A stretch of DNA of 64,000 bases, taken from the NCBI GenBank assembly GCA_950097015.1, contig CATNEN010000034.1:1116001-1180000 (forward strand), read 5' to 3'. The notes below the pieces were generated by a model that worked only from the letters and a program-made list of their open reading frames with translations, ran no database searches and was not told the origin of the DNA. The DNA comes from Macrostomum hystrix (lineage: Eukaryota > Animalia > Platyhelminthes). The position numbers were made by a program, and so were the translations under genes. Of this stretch, positions 11,079 to 23,235 are shown piece by piece (the stretch's first letter is position 1; each line of letters opens with the position of its first letter).

Positions 11079-11546
11079 ATGGGACAGTGCTGCTGCACCA
11101 AACTGGACGCTGACCTTCTCTATTCCCCCGAAGCTGCCATGGCTGCGTCACCGGGGGCTGCTGTACCGCTGGCGCCTGCCGCTGATGCCAACGAAGCTGC
11201 CAGCAAAGAGGCGCGACAGCTGCAACAGCGGCGTCGACGCCAGTCGACCAGATGCGCCAGCATCGTCGACTCGGAGCTTTTCGGCGAGATCCCAAGCGAG
11301 TTGTCGCGACAGGCGCGCAAGGAAGTATTTCTACTGCGTGGCATGGTGAAATCCGGCCTGCTGCCATTGAAGTCCTACGTCATGATCGCAGCGGAAATCG
11401 TTGATGACGACTCAAAACTGGCTAGACTAGTGAACGCTGGCGGCAGCGGTGGCGGATGTGGCGTCGCTAGTCGCACCGGCTTTGGCGGCGGTGGGGACGG
11501 AGATGGCTACGGTGGAACGACGGCAGGCCCATCGATGCGTTCCTAG
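11079..11546 (+). CDS. Orphan 155-aa protein with N-terminal MGQCCC (predicted myristoyl plus palmitoyl anchor)
   Basis: GC-rich coding island, GCCATGG Kozak-like start, Ala/Gly-rich composition like the neighbouring true genes; no family recognised. Confidence 0.6.
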   Translation: MGQCCCTKLDADLLYSPEAAMAASPGAAVPLAPAADANEAASKEARQLQQRRRRQSTRCASIVDSELFGEIPSELSRQARKEVFLLRGMVKSGLLPLKSYVMIAAEIVDDDSKLARLVNAGGSGGGCGVASRTGFGGGGDGDGYGGTTAGPSMRS

Positions 11547-12259
11547 ATCGTCTGGTTGACTTGGGCGAGTTCCCATAGTAACTGCTAGCCTGATCCTTAA
11601 TCAATTGACAATAAATTATTCGTAATATACCTTTTTGCAATTGAATTCGCCGAAACTGCAAAACAATTCCCCATAGAAGCCATTGTGGTCTAAAAATAGT
11701 AATAGCAATAATTCAATTGCAAAAAGGTATATTTATTCGTACATGTACACAAAAAGTACTTTTCACTTCAAATTCAAATCCTTCTATAGTGTTCTTAGAG
11801 AGTACTTGGCTTGCACCGATTGTCAGTTCATTCCGATTTCTGTAGGTTCTATGGCCAAAGCCCCAAAGCGACTATAGTATTTCAGTTGGCAATATATTTG
11901 GAATTATGAAGGCTGAATACGCTAAGGGATTAGTAAAATTAACCGATTTACATGTACAGTCACATCCATTGATCTTACGCTTTTATACTTATAGAACGCG
12001 TATTTGTCTGCAACTATTTCTGTGGTCTCAATAGACGAAAGTTAATTCATAACGAATTTAAGCCCTTTGTCCATAAAGTGTATGGCCTGTCCGGAAGATT
12101 GTTCTTCTACCATGACGTGTTTGATGATTACTTAAAGTGAGTTTTGTGACCATGGGTTCATTGCCTTCTTTGAACGTAATTTTGGTAGTTTTTGCAATGA
12201 TTTATTTGAATAGACTTGAGATAGCGCGAATCCGAGCGAACGGTGCTGAGATGTACAGG

Positions 12260-12420
12260 TCGCATTAAGGTGCTTCCACTCCTGCCCCCGTTGCTTCAAC
12301 CCCTGCTCCCGTGGCTTCAACCCCTGCATCTGTTGCTTCCACTCTTGCAGCTGTTGCTTACACACCTGCCCCCATCGCTTCCACCCCTGCCCCCGTTGCT
12401 TCCCGCCTGCCCCCTGGCTT
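12260..12420. repeat. Degenerate 21-bp repeat (reads PAPVAST on +, WKQRGQE on -)
   Basis: About 7 imperfect units CCTGCCCCCGTTGCTTCCACC. Confidence 0.7.
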
Positions 12421-12532
12421 TAACCCATGCAGAAGTTGCTTCCACCTTCCATACATGGCTTCCAGCTTACCATGCCGCCGCAGCTAAATCCCACCTCTGC
12501 ATTAAAGTGTCTGTGCTACTCATAGTAGTGAG

Positions 12533-13663
12533 TAGGGGTGTTCGGGGTTCGGGGTCGGGTCGGATTTCGGGTCGGGTTTTGGTACCGGGTTCGGGGTTCG
12601 GGGGTAGGTGTCCGGGTCGGGTTCGAGGTTCGGGGTAGGGTGTTCGGGTTCGGGTTTCCGGGTCGGGTTTTGGCACCGGGTTCGGGGTTTCCGGATTTTT
12701 TAATATTATTTCAGTTTTACTTAATTAGTATTGCCTTATTATGTGATAAAGCGTCTTTCAGAATCGCGCCAATTTAAAAAAATTACCTCGTGAACTAAAC
12801 TGGCGTACGCATAATGTACTGCACTAAGGAAGGACTTAATAATCGTGATCCAGTAATCATTCTAACGTAAATATATCATTCTATGAATTTTCGGCCCTGC
12901 ATTATAATATTCCATAGTGAAAGGAATGATCTATATATCTGAATTCTAAACTGCATTATGTCTTATGTATTTAATTATGTATTTTTTTATCTAGCCAGCT
13001 AGTTAAGTAGGTAATCCCACATCCAGGCTAACAGAGAACTTGTAGACCTTTACTAAACAGAGCAAATCATATTAATGATTATCTATTCTCTATATAGCAG
13101 GTTCATTTACTGTCATCCATTCATTAACGTTTTTTAACGGTTTATTTTTCTAGCATATTAGCTCTAGCCTTAGCCCTGCTTTTAGCCTTAGATTATAATT
13201 TATGTATTAGGGGCTAGGGCTAGGGCTAGGGCTAGGGCTAGGGCTACACTGTTGCTGACTACTGACTAGCAGCATGTCTGAGACTATAAGAGCAGATAAA
13301 TATGAACACAGTAAGGTAGGTCAGAGTCTACCTGACCTACCTGATCTATTTGATGCTTATCAAAATCATTAGTACGACTGATGAGTTAAGTAGTGTAGTC
13401 ATAGTGGGAGAAGAGTTAACAATTGAAAAGTAGAAAGAGGAAAAGGCGGAATACTGGTATTTTAAGACAAGCATACTGTCCTCAACCATGACTCCAAGTC
13501 CAGGAGATAGTCGGGTTAAGTTCGGGGTCGGGTCGGGTTTTAAGTCCGGGTCGGGTTCCGGGTTCGGGGTTAAGGGCTCGGGTCGGGTTCCGGGTTCGGG
13601 GTCAGTGTACCGGGTTCGGAGTATACCCCGAACCCGGAAAAAATGGAAACCCGAACACCCCTA
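12533..13663 (+). mobile_element. Non-autonomous hAT element (TAGGGGTGTTCGGG TIR, GGGTTCGG subterminal repeats), 1131 bp
   Basis: TIRs at 12533 and ending 13663; 8-bp TSD GTAGTGAG/GTAGTAAG; homologous to 22678-23235. Confidence 0.85.
13211..13246 (+). repeat. (GGGCTA)6 telomere-variant repeat inside the hAT element
   Basis: Six perfect hexamers. Confidence 0.9.
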
Positions 13664-13794
13664 GTAGTAAGTAAAGCACTTCACTTTTGTGCTTATCAAA
13701 TGATTATCTATGCTTTCCAAACGACCTTCCCAAGGTTTCCTATCCGACTCAGACAGTTTAAATCTAATGCTGCGACTGGAAATAGAAAGTCTAG

Positions 13795-14240
13795 AAACCT
13801 CAGAATTAATGAAACGATTCTTGGGAATTGGTGAAACGATTCTTGGAAATCGGAGAGACGATTCCTGGAAGTCAGAGAGACAATTCCTGGAAATTGGTGA
13901 GACGATTCTTGGAAATTAGAAAGACGATTCCTGAGAATTGATGAGACGATTCTTGGGAATTGGTGAGACGATTCTTTGGAATTATTGAGACGATTCTTGG
14001 GAATTGGAGAGACGATTCTTGGGAATTAGTAAGGCGATTCTTGGGAATTGGTAAGGCGATTCTTGGGAATTGGTAAGGCGATTCTTGGGAATTGGTGAGA
14101 CGATTTTTGGAATTGGTGAGACGATTCTTGGAAATCGGAGAGACGATTCTTGGGAATTGGTGAGACGATTCTTGGAAACCGGAGAGACGATTCTTGGAAA
14201 TCGGAGAGACGATTCTTGGGAATCGGTGAGACGATTCTTT
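13795..14240. repeat. 22-bp minisatellite (GAGACGATTCTTGGGAATTGGT)n
   Basis: About 20 imperfect copies. Confidence 0.95.
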
Positions 14241-15054
14241 TGAAAGTGATGAAACAATTCTTGGGAATTTGTTTGTTAAGACTGTTTGGACCAGTGAGAC
14301 GATTGTTCGCACTGGCTGAGATGATTCTTGGACGACAAGCGGTTCTTGTCAACGGTGCTATAGCTTGCAACTCCGCAAGATTTTACATAGCTTAAGATAA
14401 ACGTCAAGACTATGATAATTTTTTACAAATTTAAGCGGGATTTCAAACTATGTAGATATTGAGTGCATTGTGGATAGAAACTTAACTCGGAAGTAAGTTT
14501 AAAAATATAAATCCAGTCCAGCTTAATGGATGAAGCAGAGCAATTGCATGTTGACTTCTCAAATTTAATGGCACATCTTCTGTTAATAGGATTTATTTAT
14601 TATATTACTGCAAAGAGATCAGAAACTTTCTGTACAGAACAGGCTAGCAATGCTTATTTTCTAGTAAAGTCATAATTTTACTTAAACAACAATGGTCCTT
14701 ACACTTTTTACTCTCTAAAATTTAAGACATCAGAAGAATATTAAAACTTTTTGGGACTTTGATAAAATTAATTATTATAGAGATAGACAAATTTAATTGA
14801 TGACTTTTCTAGACTTCAAGAGGCAAAACAACTCAAAAACTGAATGCTGATAAAAAAATTACTTATTATGGTAATAACAGGGTTAGTACTGAGTCTATAG
14901 CAATGCAATAGAATAGAGTAAAACAGCAAACATTCACAACCGATGCAGGCATCCGGTTCCAGGTGGCCTGCATCAGACACCAGTAAATTCAACTAGCTAG
15001 GGAATCGCCAATTAGTTGCAGTACAGCCAGTGTGACAGTGTCGATGCTGTTAAA

Positions 15055-15348
15055 TTAAGCCCTGGTGTACTTGCCCCAGATGTGCAGCATAAACACGCTG
15101 GCAATGAATAGCAGGCTCATGACTAGGACCGGGACGGGGCCGACCTTGATGCCGGGCGAGTCCTCGGTATAGAAGCGCCACATTCCGGCATTGCTCTGAG
15201 TTGCTCGCCTGTTTGAAACAGCGGTTGAACTGCTAGTCGACTTACGGGCCCTGACGCCGCCGCCAGCGACACCGCGCGGCGATGCTGCCTTGGACGACGG
15301 AGCTCTTCCTGCACCAACAGAGGTGGCACTGGCAGCAGGTCCTGGCAT
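15055..15348 (-). CDS. SEC61B: Protein transport protein Sec61 subunit beta, 97 aa, single exon
   Basis: [12 protein letters not shown]...[42 protein letters not shown], near-invariant Sec61-beta C-terminus. Confidence 0.98.
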   Translation of the reverse strand: MPGPAASATSVGAGRAPSSKAASPRGVAGGGVRARKSTSSSTAVSNRRATQSNAGMWRFYTEDSPGIKVGPVPVLVMSLLFIASVFMLHIWGKYTRA

Positions 15349-16019
15349 GATTTAGCAAAATTTGCCTTGTCGAATTGCTAACAGTTCGCTTGCGCTTAGG
15401 AAATCTAGAGGCAGAGCTGAGTGAAGGGGGTAGAATGGAAAGCGCGTAGGTCCTTATACTAGGGTGTGAGGTTTGGGGGACGAAAGGGTTTGTTCTATCT
15501 TTGGAGGTTGGGCTTAACCGACCAATAGGTTTAGTCCAAGCTATGTACAAGAATAAAATGTACACTCGCAGGGATTCCCTTCACACTAAGAGAGCGGAGG
15601 GGGTGAACGTGACTCAGCAAAATTCTGCTATTGCTTTACTTGCGGTTCTCTGGCTTATACACACTGTGCAGCCCATAGACCTGCGAGAATCGATATGCTT
15701 ATGCTGTGATGCGCGGCATGCATGACATTACTCCACAAACCTAATAGAACCTATAGGACTCTGAAGTTTTAACTCGCTCACATGTGCACGTAGCATCACT
15801 CGCCTCACAGTGTGCTTAATCATGGCGTGCTTAATTAGCTACAATTGCGTGTCTAACAAATGTTTATATTATTATTATTTTAATCGTTTAAGGTAAATAT
15901 GTATGTATTGAAGGATTAAATTCAATTCCATAAACCACTCTTTCTAGCATGGCATCGTATCATTTAGTTCCGTTAATTTAATTTTAAAGTGTTTAAGCTT
16001 CGAGCGCTCTGTCACACCA

Positions 16020-16137
16020 CCAAGTGCTACCTCTTGGGGGTCGCAGGCTTTCGTCGGACAGCTCATCAACCTGGCAGGCAAAAATACCGTCAGACTCCAA
16101 TGGATATCAGGACATGCTGGTTTTCCTGGAAACGAGC
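16020..16137 (+). mobile_element. Retrotransposon RNase H fragment
   Basis: Frame starting 16053: VGQLINLAGKNTVRLQWISGHAGFPGNE resembles the RNase H W-x-x-GH-x-G-x-x-GNE motif; no flanking RT domain. Confidence 0.6.
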
Positions 16138-16423
16138 CCAAACCTAGAGAAAAGTACGAAAAAAGTACGATACTTTTCCGCAGACGTTTTTCGCGCCGAG
16201 TTTGCCCACGCGAGATTTTACCGCACAAATTTTTCACGCCGAGCTTCCCCAACGAGACTCTCCTGCCATGGGTTTTCGCACCGAAACAACCAGCGAAGAG
16301 CATGCGCCGCAGGAAGGGGACCGAAGGACCCCCTGACAGCATGGCCCCATGAGGGATTAGATCAGGAATGATCGCGACGCTTGCCTCCCTGCTGCGGATA
16401 AGTCAAAACATGCTGCAGGTGCA

Positions 16424-16586
16424 CTGACGTAAACCTATCCTGGCCTCATGCCATCCTCACGATATTTGAGGTTTTTGTCTTCATATTTGTCTTCATCGTA
16501 TCTGATCATTTTGGGCAGTATCGCAGCCGCGATCGCACGCTGTTTTCAAATATCGCGAGGATGGCATGAGGCTAGGTTTACGTCAG
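16424..16586. mobile_element. 163-bp foldback MITE with about 43-bp TIRs and 10-11-bp TSD (Mutator-like)
   Basis: Arms 16424-16469 and 16546-16586 are inverse complements (5-nt indel); flanks CTGCAGGTGCA / TTGCAGGTGCA. Confidence 0.75.
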
Positions 16587-17934
16587 TTGCAGGTGCAGCA
16601 AAAGCTTGTTGCTATAATTTTCTCAGCTCCAGCAAAAAAGGAGCGCGGCCTCTGACTAGCTAGAAGATGTGAGTCCCCAAACCACAAAATAATTTGTCTT
16701 GATCGATGGAGTGCACGTTGCTGTGCAGCTGCATGTTTTGTAGCTGTTACTGTGTGCACTGTTATGACAAGCCGACAACCCTTGCAATGTCCATCTACTG
16801 TCAGTCCAAAAAAGTCTATCTGTAACTTGAATTAGGTATCTTTGCCAAGTGGCACTAAGAACGCAATAAGTTCAACGAAAGGTTTTTGGTTGAACGAATT
16901 GCTCGATCACACCTAGTCTCTTCCCATCACCCCAGTCTGTTCCCATATACTGCCCTGACTAATACGTAAGAAGATAAATACGTTAGTCGAGTCGACCTTG
17001 ATACTGCCTATTTTAACTAAAATGGTAAACAAAAAGAAAATTTATAACGATTCTGTTTTTGGAGACTTTACGTTAAAAGTACACATTCAATAAATTAATA
17101 TCAATAAAATATGCATAGAACTATTCAAAATTGTATTGCTTATTGTTAAATTATAATTAATTTTAGAAACTTTTTTAGGTTATGCTTATTGTTAATTTAG
17201 TTTTACTAGCTCTATTCTTCGAAAAGAAATGTTTCAAAAATTTCAGTTTGCAAGTCAACTGACAGCTAGCACAGGCTACCTCAATTTCCAACTCTGGTCC
17301 TACTACCGACCCACTACAACTTCTAAATCTCGAGACAGCTAACAAATTCTTACATTTTTTAATTATTAATTACTATTATTGCCCCACGGCTCGCAATAAC
17401 TTTGTAATTGAATTGAAACCATGAATATTTTCCTCACAGTCATCTTGCCTAATTAAATCTCGTTCATCATACAAAAGTATTTTGGACTTGCAAGTGCATA
17501 TTTAGAATATTATATTCAATTATTCCTTTGCGGCGCGTCGAACAATAAAAGTGCCGTGTTGGCCCATGTATAAACAGCATATGTATGCATATGAAAAAAT
17601 AGGCCTATTCTTTAAACTTTATTATACACCTATACAAAATTCTTAATTGTGTAATTTTGATTCCTAAATTTAAGTTTTGCGTTAGAACTTAGCAGCTTGA
17701 AACAAAACCAAAGGGAAGCATAGATACTACATCTTTATGTGTGACACTTTGTAAGTCATTTTCTGGCATGCCTTTTTTGTGGATCCTAGACACTTTGTCA
17801 TCTTAAAACTTTGTCATATTACAACTCATCCACTTTCAAGGTAAGAAACTTTGTCATCCAGCCAATCGGCATGCTTTAAAGTTTGGTCAGTTTGTCATCT
17901 ACTAATAACAAGCATTGTAGTCTGTAGACTCAAT

Positions 17935-18216
17935 CATACATGCGCAACACCCGGCCGACCCGGCCAAACCGGCCGGGTGAAACAAGGGCCAAGCAAGGTA
18001 AGTCGCAAAAAACCAATCAACCAAGCGCAAAAAAATCAAAGGGGGGACCAAGGGACAAAAAAGGAAGGCGTGAAGAAAAGGAAAAAGGGGAGAGAAAAAG
18101 AGAGCAAATTAGAGCAAACTAAGTCGTAAATAGAGCAATGAAACGAACTAAGTCGCAAATGAGAGCAAAAACTAAGTCGCACGGCCGGCTAAGATTTGGG
18201 AGGTTGCGCATGTATG
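17935..18216. mobile_element. 282-bp hAT MITE
   Basis: 14-bp TIR CATACATGCGCAAC; perfect 8-bp TSD GACTCAAT at 17927-17934 and 18217-18224. Confidence 0.88.
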
Positions 18217-21200
18217 GACTCAATTAACAGATGCTTCTGCATGCATGTACTTGTATAAGTATATGTAAAAACAAGGCTGAAGTGCAACTTGATTGTTCGT
18301 GCTCATGTGGTTTCATTTCAGTTGCCCTTATTACTACTAAAATCTAAATAGGGTGCACGTCAGAGTGATGTTGGTTGAGGTGGGATTGTGGGGCAGAGAT
18401 GTGAAAACTTGAAGGGTGGAATATGCATTTGGAAATGCTTTTGTGCTTGCTTTGTTTGTCATAAAGTGAGGGTGGGTGGTGGGGTAGAGGTGTGAACACA
18501 TTTCACACTCTAAATTGTAAAAAAGAGGTTTCAAAACTGATTTCATTTCATAAAAAGAATTAAGAGATAAGTGCCAACACAATATGGGGATAGGTGGTTC
18601 TGTTCTAACTTAAAAAGCTTTTGTTTTATAGATGACAAAGTATCCACAAGTCTAAGTCCACAGATGTCCACAGATCGTCATCTGGATGACAAAGTTGTAG
18701 GATGATGAAATGTCCAGGGACCATATTTGTGCATGACCAAGACTGCCATACATCAAGGCTGCCATAGCTCTGACTAGTTCCATGGATGATAGGTTGCCAC
18801 ATTTTCTCTTATATCTTATATGTATATCCTTGAACATGTAGGTTGACTGATAGACTTGTCAACTTTTTATTTATTAACTGCCATAAACCATAAACTGTAA
18901 TGAATTTATCAACTGGTAAATTAGTCAACTGCATATTGTTGTTAGTACATGTGCATACATGTATGTGTGTATGTATATAAACAAGTATTCAATTAACTAA
19001 GCTCCTTTGAGCATCCTTTGTGGTTGTAAAACAATGGTGCATGCTACACAACTGTCTACCATAAATCAAATTTAAAAAAAGAATAAAGCATGGAGCAATA
19101 GGAAGCACTTAGTATCTGCAATTGGGTCATTTTAGAAAAAGGCAGTTGGTTATATATATAGATAATGATATATTTAAGAAAAATAATTTATTCACTGTAA
19201 ATATATAACAAGATAATTAATTTATAGTAGCCTTTAACTCAATTTCAATGGTATACTAGTTATACAAATTATGTTGCTACACCTTTTTATACTAAAGTGA
19301 AGTTGACTTTACATAGAAACATAGTAAACTTGTGAACACAGTTCATGAAAAAAACTTTACAAGTATACCCAGATCCATACAGTGGGAACCTTGAACCTTG
19401 AATGCATAATGGATTATTTGAATTGAATTGTTTTCATTGAATTGTTATGTCTTTTACAATTGTCCATAGAAAGAAACAACAGTAGTCTTTCCTTATACAT
19501 ATATGTATTTAATTTAAAATCAGTTAAGGACAGCAAGTCTCAGCATTTCTTATTTCTCTAACAACAGCTTGTTTCTAAATCAAGACCAGAATTTTCATTT
19601 TAGAACCCTTAAATGTTAACAAGGTTATCTTCTTATATTTCTACAGGGAAGTAATTTTTAGTTGCCAAGAAAACTAAAAGCCTGAGAACCTAGAAAACAA
19701 CTTTTTTAGTTCCCACTTCTGATTTAGAACAGAATTATTCTATTTCGAATAACCCCCCATTAGACCCTTGGTTGCCAACCTCAGGTATACCCACCCAAGC
19801 TATCCAATAAAATTACTATCAGTTATTCCTCATGACAACCACCCCAGCTGTAACAGTCTTGGTGTGTGGCAGTCTTGGTCTTACATCACCTTATCTTGAT
19901 TTTTTTATTGCTTATATGCCTAATGTTTTTTCAACTAAAAAACTAATCTAATTGGTAGCTACTAATATGACATAAGTCTAAAATATACTTAATTTATGTT
20001 CATACATAATTTTTATTATGAATTAATATACACTATTCATTACTAATAATAATATTATTAGATCCAATATGCTAGATGGGTGTTGGTGTTAGTTTATAGT
20101 CATGACACAGTATACTCTAAACTAAATTTTTAGTATTGGTTAGAACTACTCTTTGTATATCAACTCCTAAAATTATTGCTAAAGTATACACCAATACCCA
20201 TCAAAGGCAGCCAAAAGAGAAAAATCAAAATTAAAAATTATAATAAACAGGAGCAAATTTTAATAAGCAAAAACTATGCCTAACCTAACATGTATATAAT
20301 TTAAAATTTAGATATTTTTGGATAAAAAGTGTTGTATATATATAATTTTATATAATTATCCCGACCTTAAAAATGCTAGTGAACATTTTTTAGAAGCAAG
20401 ATTTATTAGTTTTTGAAACTTCAAGTAAGTTCACTTATGTCTTAGCACTTGCACTCGCAAATTGATTTACTTGTATAATTGTATGCCAAGAGTATGTAAA
20501 GAGCCATTGAAAACCCAAATGTATCCCAAACTATTTCAATGTATAGGCCACCTTTCAGACTATAGTGTTAGCCAGCAAAAGTTAGTATTTGTATTAATAT
20601 GTACCAATGATTGCCAGCACATAAAAATCTATGCCAGGGATAGCTAGCCAATAAAATATTGACAACTTATCCCAAGAATTCAGTAGGCATAGCAAAATCA
20701 AAGTGCCTCATAGCTTCTTAGAAAAGCAAACAACTATAATTTTATCCTGGTGCTTGCTAGTGATGCTTTAAAAATAAGTTTAGAATAAAAGTTTGAAATT
20801 AAAAATACAAATTATAGACTAGTTACTTCAAAATCAGAATTAAAATAAAATATAATTTATTTTCCAAGCCACAAAATCAAAAACATTCTAATTGTAGTTT
20901 TTCAATAATGCAACTAGGATTTTCTTAAGGGAACAGACAAAATATGAATCATGCTTGACAAGGGCAGAGAGGGTTCTATTATGGTGAATAAATTGCTTGG
21001 TCCCCTCTTAGAATCTTTTTGGTCCTCCTGGCAAAAAGGGCAGTTGCCCCCACCCCTCTACTAGTTGCACCAGTATAATAGTTTGTGGTTGACAAAATTA
21101 GATCAACATTTTTACATAAACAAATAGCTATGGTATTTTGTATTGGTGTTCAATTGCTATAGACTCACTGTAAGCATAGCATAGTTGGGTTTCTATTGCA

Positions 21201-22677
21201 TGCCATTGTCAAATGAAATGCAGTTGGCCTTGTCCTGTATGTTTTATTGTTGGATGTGACTATAGAGTTAGGAATTAGCAAGTAGCAGGGTCTAATATTT
21301 TGCAGTGATTCCTTAAGTCAAAGTTTGGTCTTCTTGGCCTTGGGTATTTGCAAATTTAGGGGGATTACTGATAGATCTGATAGACCATTGCATCATCTCT
21401 GCATAATGTACCTCCTTAGCATGAAGTGATGCACTAGTTCTGAGCCATGAAATCGCATATATGCCAAAATTGTCATTTTCAAAGGGAACAAAACAATTGT
21501 AAGTTATGCTTCTAACACCATTGTAAACCTTTACTATTGTACTATTAAACTATTAATTGTTTTTTAAAGTCATTTATATCTCTATTTGGACATAAAAAAT
21601 AAATAAATTCGATATAACAATTATATTTTTTATCATCATAAATGCATGCCAAATACATTAGCATACACCAATGTATGCAAACAGAGACCATTGTATACCA
21701 GAAAATTCTGGCATACATCTTATCCTGGCATATCTGGCATGCATTTTGTATTCAATCCATGCTAGACAGCCAGGGTGATCTTTTGTACCCTTTTTAATTT
21801 AAGATATATGGATTTTTAGATTGCCAACCTGTTTTTTCCTGCACCCACACAGGAAAATTTTTGGATGATTTTTTTCTCCTCTAATGTACATTTATTCTCA
21901 TTACTAGCAATCAACGATTCTCTCAATAGTTACAAAGAACTGAACTCTGAAAGATTCCTTGACTCACTAATTCAAAATTTTGTAGATAAGTAGGCCTATT
22001 GGAACTAGCCCTCACCCATTATCAGGTTGTGTAGGACAATTTTTGAGTATGCAATTAGTGCACATTATTCAGCAAAATTGGAGTATATTTGGAGGCAAAA
22101 TGTGATAAAAATGTGTGAACTTCTGGCAATCGAATGCACCATGCAAACTACCATTTATTGCCAGTTGCTAGTTTCCTAACTAAAAATGATTTAATTATAG
22201 TTCATTAAAATCTGCAAGAAAAATGTGGATAAAATGTAGTTATTATAATCTAAGATTCTAAAAAGATGTAATCATTTTTTCTTCTATTGCTGATTTAGTT
22301 CTTTGTAAATTGTCTCGAACAATCTAAAAATAGTTTTGTCAAATTAGTACAAATGTATAGTTTCTAAAATTTTTCTTAGCAAACTGAGCAAACTTTACTT
22401 TTAAAAATGTTTAGTTAATTTTAGTTAGAATTTTTTGTTGTTACAGAAGGATATAGCCTATGCCAGCCTATTTTTATGGATTTATGCTCAAAGAATCTTA
22501 GTGTATTTCTAAGATTTCTTAGATTTCTCCATTTTCACATTTAACCGTTTTGAAAGATCATCCTACTTTTTAGTAGTATGTGGTGAATCAGAGATTAATT
22601 TTATTAGAAATGGAATTTACCAATCATAATGACTGAATATTTAGATCAGCAGAGCATTCTTATGTAGTAACTAGGAC

Positions 22678-23235
22678 TAGGGGTGTTCAGGTTGCCCTTT
22701 TTGGGTTCGGTGTAGTCCCTGAACCCAGACACCCTACCCCAAACCCCAAACCTGGCCTGGACACCTTTCCCTAAACCTGACCCAGACCCAAAACCTGACC
22801 AACCCGAAATTTCTACCCAAAAATATAACGAGCATACTCTGCCACATAGATGCAAAAATGTACAAAAAGCTGTTTCAAAAAAACAAAACATAAGTGGCAA
22901 GATTGCAAAATGTTCCTTTTCTTGGCTTTAACATTTTAATTTCTTTGCCATACCACGAACAACTAACCCGACCCGGACACCCTACCCCGAACCCGAACCC
23001 GAACCCGACCCGGACACCCTACCCCGAACCCCGAACCCCGAACCCGACCCGGACACCCTGCCCCGAACTTCGAACCCAACCCAGACACCCTACCCCGAAC
23101 CCGACCCGGACACCCTACCCCGAACATCTAACCCGACCCGGACACCCTACCCCGAACACCTAACCCGATTCGGACACCCTACCCCGAACCCCGAACCTGA
23201 CCCGGACACCCTGCCCCGAACCCCGAACACCCCTG
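22678..23235 (-). mobile_element. Second, shorter copy (558 bp, opposite orientation) of the TAGGGGTGTTC hAT family
   Basis: TIRs TAGGGGTGTTC / GAACACCCCTG; CCCGAACC subterminal repeats; TSD GTAGTAAC at 22664-22671 and 23236-23243. Confidence 0.85.

Noticed and set aside
12240-12520. PAPVAST / WKQRGQE repeat as a coding region
   Set aside because: The frame breaks at both ends; it behaves like another 21-bp minisatellite.
15560-15690. Possible snRNA/SL RNA upstream of Sec61-beta (closing stem CTCGCAGG/CCTGCGAG, AATTTTG on the minus strand)
   Set aside because: No recognisable SL exon ending in ATG|GT or other snRNA signature; short stems are expected by chance.
18640-21480. Short protein-like frames near 18650-18840 and 21300-21490
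   Set aside because: No recognisable motif or consistent splice sites; probably decayed repeats.
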